Shown: in pieces, positions 59,680-64,000 of the stretch
Layout of the letters: each line of letters begins with the position of its first letter
Numbering within the stretch: the first letter of the stretch is position 1
NCBI GenBank assembly: GCA_964518625.1
Contig: CAZFHC010000001.1
Span: 111-64,110, forward strand
Origin: Candidatus Woesearchaeota archaeon
Lineage (GTDB): Archaea; Nanobdellota; Nanobdellia; Pacearchaeales; GW2011-AR1
DNA: 64,000 bases
Direction of reading: 5' to 3'
Translations under genes and position numbers: made by a program
The notes under the pieces: model-generated
Databases searched by the model: none
Seen by the model: the letters and a program-made list of their open reading frames with translations, nothing else
What the model was told of the DNA's origin: nothing

Positions 59680-61065
59680 ATGGAAATAAAAATTTTAGGA
59701 GCAGCAAAAGAAGTAACAGGTTCTTGTTATAGCGTCTCAACTACAGATGAGAAAGTATTAGTTGATTGTGGGATGTTCCAAGGTGATGAAGAATTAGAAA
59801 AATTAAATTCTGAGAATTTTGCTTTTGATCCAAAAAGATATGATGCATTGTTGCTAACTCATGCGCATTTAGATCATTGTGGTAGAATCCCTCGTCTAAT
59901 AAGTTCTGGATTTAAGGGAAAAATATATGCAACAGATGCAACTAAAGAATTAGCATTCATAGTAATGGCAGACTCTGCAAAAATTGCAGTAGAAGAAGCT
60001 GAAGATGATAATAAAAAAAGGTTAAAAGGGAATTTACCACAAATAAAACCTGCCTATAATATGAATGATGTAATAAAAGCAATGAAACTATTTGTTATTG
60101 TGAAATATGAAGAATTAATTAAAGTAACAGAACATATATCAGCAAAATTTTATGATGCAGGACATATTTTAGGGTCTTCTTCAATACAGATACTTGTAAA
60201 TGATGGGAGTAAAAAAAAGACAGCAGTTTTTTCTGGAGATCTAGGACAATCAAATTCAATACTTATGAAAAGTATAGAACCTATAACTGATGCGGATTAT
60301 GTTTTTATGGAATCCACCTATGGAGATAGATTACATCAAAATTTAGATGGAAGACGAAAAAAATTAGCACAAGTGATTAATGAAACATATGATAAGGGTG
60401 GGAGACTAATGATCCCGGTTTTTGCAATAGAAAGAACACAAGAAATATTGTATTATATTAGAGAGCTAATGGCAGATGGAATGATTCCTAAAATGCCAGT
60501 TTTTCTAGATTCTCCAATGGCTACACGTGCAACAGAGGTATTTAAGAAATTTCCCATGTATTTTAATGACAAAGTGAAGTTAGAGCTTGAAGAAACAAAT
60601 GATGTTTTTAATTTCCCAGAATTAAAAATAACAAAAGATAGAGCATCTTCTATCGCGATAAATAGTATAAAGACTCCTTGTATAGTCCTCGCAGGAAGCG
60701 GTATGTGTACAGGTGGTAGAATAAAACATCATATATCTAATAATATTGAGAATAAAAATAATACCTTATTGTTTGTTGGTTATCAAGTGAAAGGAACATT
60801 GGGGAATCTCATACAATCAGGAGCAAAATTAATAAGTATATTAGGTAAAAATGTAAAAGTTCTTGCTAGAATAGAATCCGAAGAAGGATTCTCTGCACAT
60901 GCTGATAAAAATGGATTGTTAGAATGGTTGAATAATTTTAAAGGAAACCCAAAAGTATTCTTAATACATGGAGACGAAGAACAACAAATAGCATTAGAAA
61001 AAACTTTAAAAGATAAAGGATTTGATTGCCACATACCTTCGCTAAATGAAGTAATAGATTTATAA
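59680..61065 (+). CDS. Metallo-beta-lactamase/beta-CASP family ribonuclease (RNase J / aCPSF-like)
   Basis: LLLTHAHLDHCGRIP is the HxHxDH motif. A DAGH motif. beta-CASP motifs (ESTYGD; FSAHAD). 461 aa. Confidence 0.75.
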   Translation: MEIKILGAAKEVTGSCYSVSTTDEKVLVDCGMFQGDEELEKLNSENFAFDPKRYDALLLTHAHLDHCGRIPRLISSGFKGKIYATDATKELAFIVMADSAKIAVEEAEDDNKKRLKGNLPQIKPAYNMNDVIKAMKLFVIVKYEELIKVTEHISAKFYDAGHILGSSSIQILVNDGSKKKTAVFSGDLGQSNSILMKSIEPITDADYVFMESTYGDRLHQNLDGRRKKLAQVINETYDKGGRLMIPVFAIERTQEILYYIRELMADGMIPKMPVFLDSPMATRATEVFKKFPMYFNDKVKLELEETNDVFNFPELKITKDRASSIAINSIKTPCIVLAGSGMCTGGRIKHHISNNIENKNNTLLFVGYQVKGTLGNLIQSGAKLISILGKNVKVLARIESEEGFSAHADKNGLLEWLNNFKGNPKVFLIHGDEEQQIALEKTLKDKGFDCHIPSLNEVIDL

Positions 61066-61155
61066 TATATTTGAAAAAGCTTAATTTAAAAATATTTTAA
61101 TGCCATAATTAAATCTTCAAAGGGAAATATTGTATTTAAGGATAAATAAATCATT

Positions 61156-62268
61156 TTATACCATTCCTAACTTTACTGCTATTAACATCCCAATTCCCAA
61201 TGCTATAATAATAATTCCAGCTATTAAATGTAAAATTTTCAATTTTTTCTGTCGTAATTTTTCAGCTTTTTCTGTTGTTGTAAATCCAAAGAATATTGCT
61301 AAATTAATTAATATCATTGGCGAAATAAAAATAAGGTTATATAATAATAGTAAAAATACTGCATAGGATTTTGTTGTTGCTTGAGATAAAAGTCCTAAAA
61401 TTACAATATATGGACCTGATGTACATGGTAATAAGAAAAGACTTACTACAAATCCTACAGCAAAAGCACCAGGAACAGATGTTACATTTGTTATCAGTTT
61501 TTTCATTTTTGGTCTCCATGAATCTGGGACTTCCATTTTAAACCACCTACCATACCAGAGATAATCCTTTAGATTAAACATACCAATAAAGATTGCTAGA
61601 ATTGCTACAATTAAATAAAAAGTGTGACTAAGTCCTGTAGCTTGGATTGCTGTATAGAGCCCTATACCCATTAAAAAATATGATATAAAAATTGAGGCTG
61701 AGAATGCTAATCCTGCGAATAAAGACTTCTTCTTGTTTTTAGAGACCAAAATTGTTGACATTAAAATGATTAGAACTGCAAATGCACATGGATTGATAGC
61801 ATCAACTAATGCTGCTGATAAAACTGCTGGAATTGTTAATTTTTGTAATTTTGTTTTATTTTTGGTATTTACATTCTGGAGAGGATCTTCACATCCATAA
61901 ATTGAACAATTATTAATTATTTCTTTTATTTTAAGTTTTATATCATTACTAAAACCTACTAATATTTGATCGTCAATAAATATAGTAGGCACACCTTCTA
62001 TAGTATAATTATAATATTTTGCTGTTTGTTGAAATAATTCTCTTTCTTGATCATCATGATATGTTTCATGTTTTTCTATAATTAATGTTGGATATTCATC
62101 TTGAAGTATTACTAATGATTCTAAAGCTTTACCACAATGAGGACACCCTTCGCCATAAAAAATATGTAAGTTTATTTCATTGTCTTCGCTTTCTAATGCA
62201 GATATAAAAGAAATTAAGCTAATTATTAATAAACTTACTATAAATAAATTGAGTATCCCTTTTTTTAT
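61156..62268 (-). CDS. Thioredoxin-fold (CPHC) domain fused to a CcdA/DsbD-like transmembrane thiol-disulfide transporter; start codon uncertain
   Basis: The reading frame is open from just after a TAA at 62272-62274. It encodes (ATA)KKGILNLFIVSLLIISLISFISA, which looks like a signal peptide. Then ...FYGEGCPHCGKAL, a Trx-like CxxC. Then a CcdA-type membrane domain (LVDAINPCAF; LPCTSGPYIVILG). The first canonical start is a GTG at 61992. ATA sits where an ATG would be expected. Confidence 0.55.
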   Translation of the reverse strand: MKKGILNLFIVSLLIISLISFISALESEDNEINLHIFYGEGCPHCGKALESLVILQDEYPTLIIEKHETYHDDQERELFQQTAKYYNYTIEGVPTIFIDDQILVGFSNDIKLKIKEIINNCSIYGCEDPLQNVNTKNKTKLQKLTIPAVLSAALVDAINPCAFAVLIILMSTILVSKNKKKSLFAGLAFSASIFISYFLMGIGLYTAIQATGLSHTFYLIVAILAIFIGMFNLKDYLWYGRWFKMEVPDSWRPKMKKLITNVTSVPGAFAVGFVVSLFLLPCTSGPYIVILGLLSQATTKSYAVFLLLLYNLIFISPMILINLAIFFGFTTTEKAEKLRQKKLKILHLIAGIIIIALGIGMLIAVKLGMV

Positions 62269-62432
62269 ATGTTAATAATAATCTCAAACTTTAAAAAGCT
62301 TAACAAGACAAACTGGTCCAATAGAATAAATTTTTTAATTTGGGAATAGAAAGTAGTGTTTTAATATTATAATTTTTATCATATAAGTTTTATAACAATT
62401 ATAATTAAAAAGAAAGATTAATATTTTATGTT

Positions 62433-62882
62433 ATGTTTACTCATAGAAATAAGAATAATCTTCATAAAAAACGTGAACCAAAAAAACCAAAAAGCAAAGA
62501 AGATACTCATAAAAATGTTCTAGAAGATATAGCTAATCATCCAGATTTAATAAAAATATGTACATCTCATTTACAAGAAACTGTTAAAGAACCAAGAATA
62601 TTCAAATACTGTAGTAAACATCAAGAGAGTCAATGTGATATAGTTTTTATATATGACAATCAACAAAAAAGATATAGTATACTAGTAGAAATCAAACCAG
62701 ATAAAGAATATCCAAGTATGAAAGCCTATAATCAATTAAAAAATACTAGCAGGATGTATTGTGATAGGAATGGATGTCCAGCAACATATCTGATGATAGT
62801 TTATTATCCATCAATGAAGACAGAAGAATTTTTAGAAAATATATTAGACAGTCATATAAATTACACATATATGAAAAAATAA
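62433..62882 (+). CDS. Hypothetical basic protein
   Basis: 149-aa ORF with a Lys-rich N-terminus and several Cys. Confidence 0.3.
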   Translation: MFTHRNKNNLHKKREPKKPKSKEDTHKNVLEDIANHPDLIKICTSHLQETVKEPRIFKYCSKHQESQCDIVFIYDNQQKRYSILVEIKPDKEYPSMKAYNQLKNTSRMYCDRNGCPATYLMIVYYPSMKTEEFLENILDSHINYTYMKK

Positions 62883-64000
62883 TTATTTTTTGTAACAAGA
62901 ATTTTTTATGTGTTTTTTTGCCGCGAATGTTTTTGTAAATTTTAACCAATCTCTTGATGGACCATTAGATTTTGAAGATACAATTATTTCTACTATATCT
63001 TCGTTCTTTAATGTAGTTGACAAAGCTACCATTTTACCATTTACTTTTGCTCCCATACATTTATTCCCAATTTCTGTATGAATCGCATATGCGAAATCTA
63101 CCGGAGTTGAATCTTTTTGTAAATGGATAATTTTGCCTTTTGGAGATTGAACAAATATTTCACCTTCATACAAATCTACCTTAAATGCATTAATTAATTC
63201 TTCATTTGTCATTGAATTACTTTGTTCAATTAATTCTCTTATCTGTTTTAGTTTTGTATCAAAAGAATTCATTTTTATTCTTTTTTCTTTGTAAACCCAA
63301 TGAGCTGAAATCCCAAATTCAGAATTTTTATGCATTTCAAATGTTCTTATTTGTATTTCTACTGGTATTGAATTGAATAGAACAGTTGTATGAAGTGACT
63401 GATATCCATTAAATTTTGGAAGAATTATATAATCTTTAAATCGCCCTATTAATGGAGTAAATTCTTCTTGTATTTTCCCTAAGACTGTATAACATTCTGG
63501 AATAGTCTTTACTAATATTCTAAATGCTATCATATCATAAATTTGACTTAAATCGCAATTTTTATTCATTGTTTTTCTATATATACTATAAATATGTTTT
63601 TTACGTCCCATAACTTCTCCATCAACATTTAATAACTTTAACATAGAAGTAAGATTTTTATTAATTGATGCGATTATTATTTTCGATCCTTTAAACTCTT
63701 CATCAATCTTTGTCTCTATTTTTTCATATATTTTTGGATTTAAAACCTTAAATGACCTATCTTCAAGTTCACTTTTTATCTTTGACAATCCCAAATTTGA
63801 TGCAAGTGGAGCAAAAATATCTAAATTGATTTTAACTTTATATTCTTGTTCTTTTTTTGTATACATATTTATACTTCGCATTTCTGCCAAAGCAAAAGCT
63901 AGTCTAATAAATATAACTCTTATATCTCTTGAAATCGCTAGAAACATACGTCTAATATTTTTGGCTTCGTCTTTTTTATTAGTATTAAGATTCGTTTTAT
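62883..64000 (-). CDS. RelA/SpoT-family (p)ppGpp synthetase/hydrolase with TGS domain, N-terminus beyond the window edge
   Basis: The end of the HD domain (NIRRMFLAISRDIRVIFIRLAFALAEMRSI, against the RelA pattern DIRVILIKLADRLHNMRTL). The synthetase domain (GRKKHIYSIYRKTMNK....IYDMIAFRILV; YQSLHTTV; IQIRTFEMHKNSEFGISAHWVYKE). The TGS domain (IFVQSPKGKIIHLQKDSTPVDFAYAIHTEIGNKCMGAKVNGKMV). The frame stays open past nt 64000. Confidence 0.75.
   Translation of the reverse strand, partial: KTNLNTNKKDEAKNIRRMFLAISRDIRVIFIRLAFALAEMRSINMYTKKEQEYKVKINLDIFAPLASNLGLSKIKSELEDRSFKVLNPKIYEKIETKIDEEFKGSKIIIASINKNLTSMLKLLNVDGEVMGRKKHIYSIYRKTMNKNCDLSQIYDMIAFRILVKTIPECYTVLGKIQEEFTPLIGRFKDYIILPKFNGYQSLHTTVLFNSIPVEIQIRTFEMHKNSEFGISAHWVYKEKRIKMNSFDTKLKQIRELIEQSNSMTNEELINAFKVDLYEGEIFVQSPKGKIIHLQKDSTPVDFAYAIHTEIGNKCMGAKVNGKMVALSTTLKNEDIVEIIVSSKSNGPSRDWLKFTKTFAAKKHIKNSCYKK

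Noticed and set aside
14538-62949. Other short antisense ORFs from the six-frame track (14538..14723, 15664..16015, 18088..18279, 18469..18828, 19344..19544, 22338..22640, 23809..24000, 24334..24630, 24926..25111, 26262..26468, 26565..26795, 27653..27838, 29310..29642, 29398..29637, 31502..31732, 33204..33467, 35001..35201, 36414..36602, 37105..37380, 40353..40613, 41382..41717, 42726..43135, 43713..44273, 44894..45322, 45747..46052, 50703..50894, 51985..52194, 52641..52904, 53345..53635, 56385..56673, 56871..57101, 60783..61034, 61130..61519, 62746..62949)
   Set aside because: Each lies within or antisense to a gene with strong motif support, and each has random-frame composition. They are treated as non-coding.
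1-64000. CRISPR array, rRNA or tRNA genes
   Set aside because: I found no run of regularly spaced direct repeats. I found no GC-rich stretch with a tRNA T-arm (GTTCRANYC) signature or rRNA-like conserved blocks in any intergenic region. Absence by eye is not proof, and a covariance-model scan would be decisive.

Overview
This 64 kb window is AT-rich (roughly 30% GC by eye), densely coding on both strands, and encodes about 75 proteins. It is unmistakably archaeal. It carries the archaeal/eukaryotic-only ribosomal proteins eS19, eL39, eL31, eL33 (L35Ae) and uL16 (L10e), PCNA, the RNase P protein Rpp30, Trm11, a class I lysyl-tRNA synthetase, KsgA, an archaeal/eukaryotic-type Trp/Tyr-tRNA synthetase, a type III RuBisCO, and proteins with archaeal class III (type IV pilin-like) signal peptides. 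Interleaved with these is an unusually large set of bacterial-type genes: UvrB, a sigma-70 family factor, a long RelA/SpoT, DnaK-GrpE plus an atypical J protein, two RsuA-family pseudouridine synthases, a Zwf-like short G6PD, DinB, a Fic gene broken by a frameshift, and a Cas4-like/DUF2779 nuclease. This mix fits a DPANN-like (Woese/Pacearchaeota-type) lineage. I found no rRNA, tRNA or CRISPR array by eye. Non-coding signals worth noting are archaeal TATA boxes at leaderless starts, an 8-2-8 perfect palindrome placed as an operator for a PadR-led surface-protein/MMPL-exporter operon, a 23-nt palindromic motif present three times in intergenic DNA, and a strongly Shine-Dalgarno-led 46-codon ORF at the head of a pilin-like operon. 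The most interesting candidate is the bacterial-type sigma factor divergently paired with a membrane-protein/small-membrane-protein/Cas4-like-DUF2779-nuclease operon inside an archaeal genome. Every functional call is from reading motifs by eye. No database search was run.
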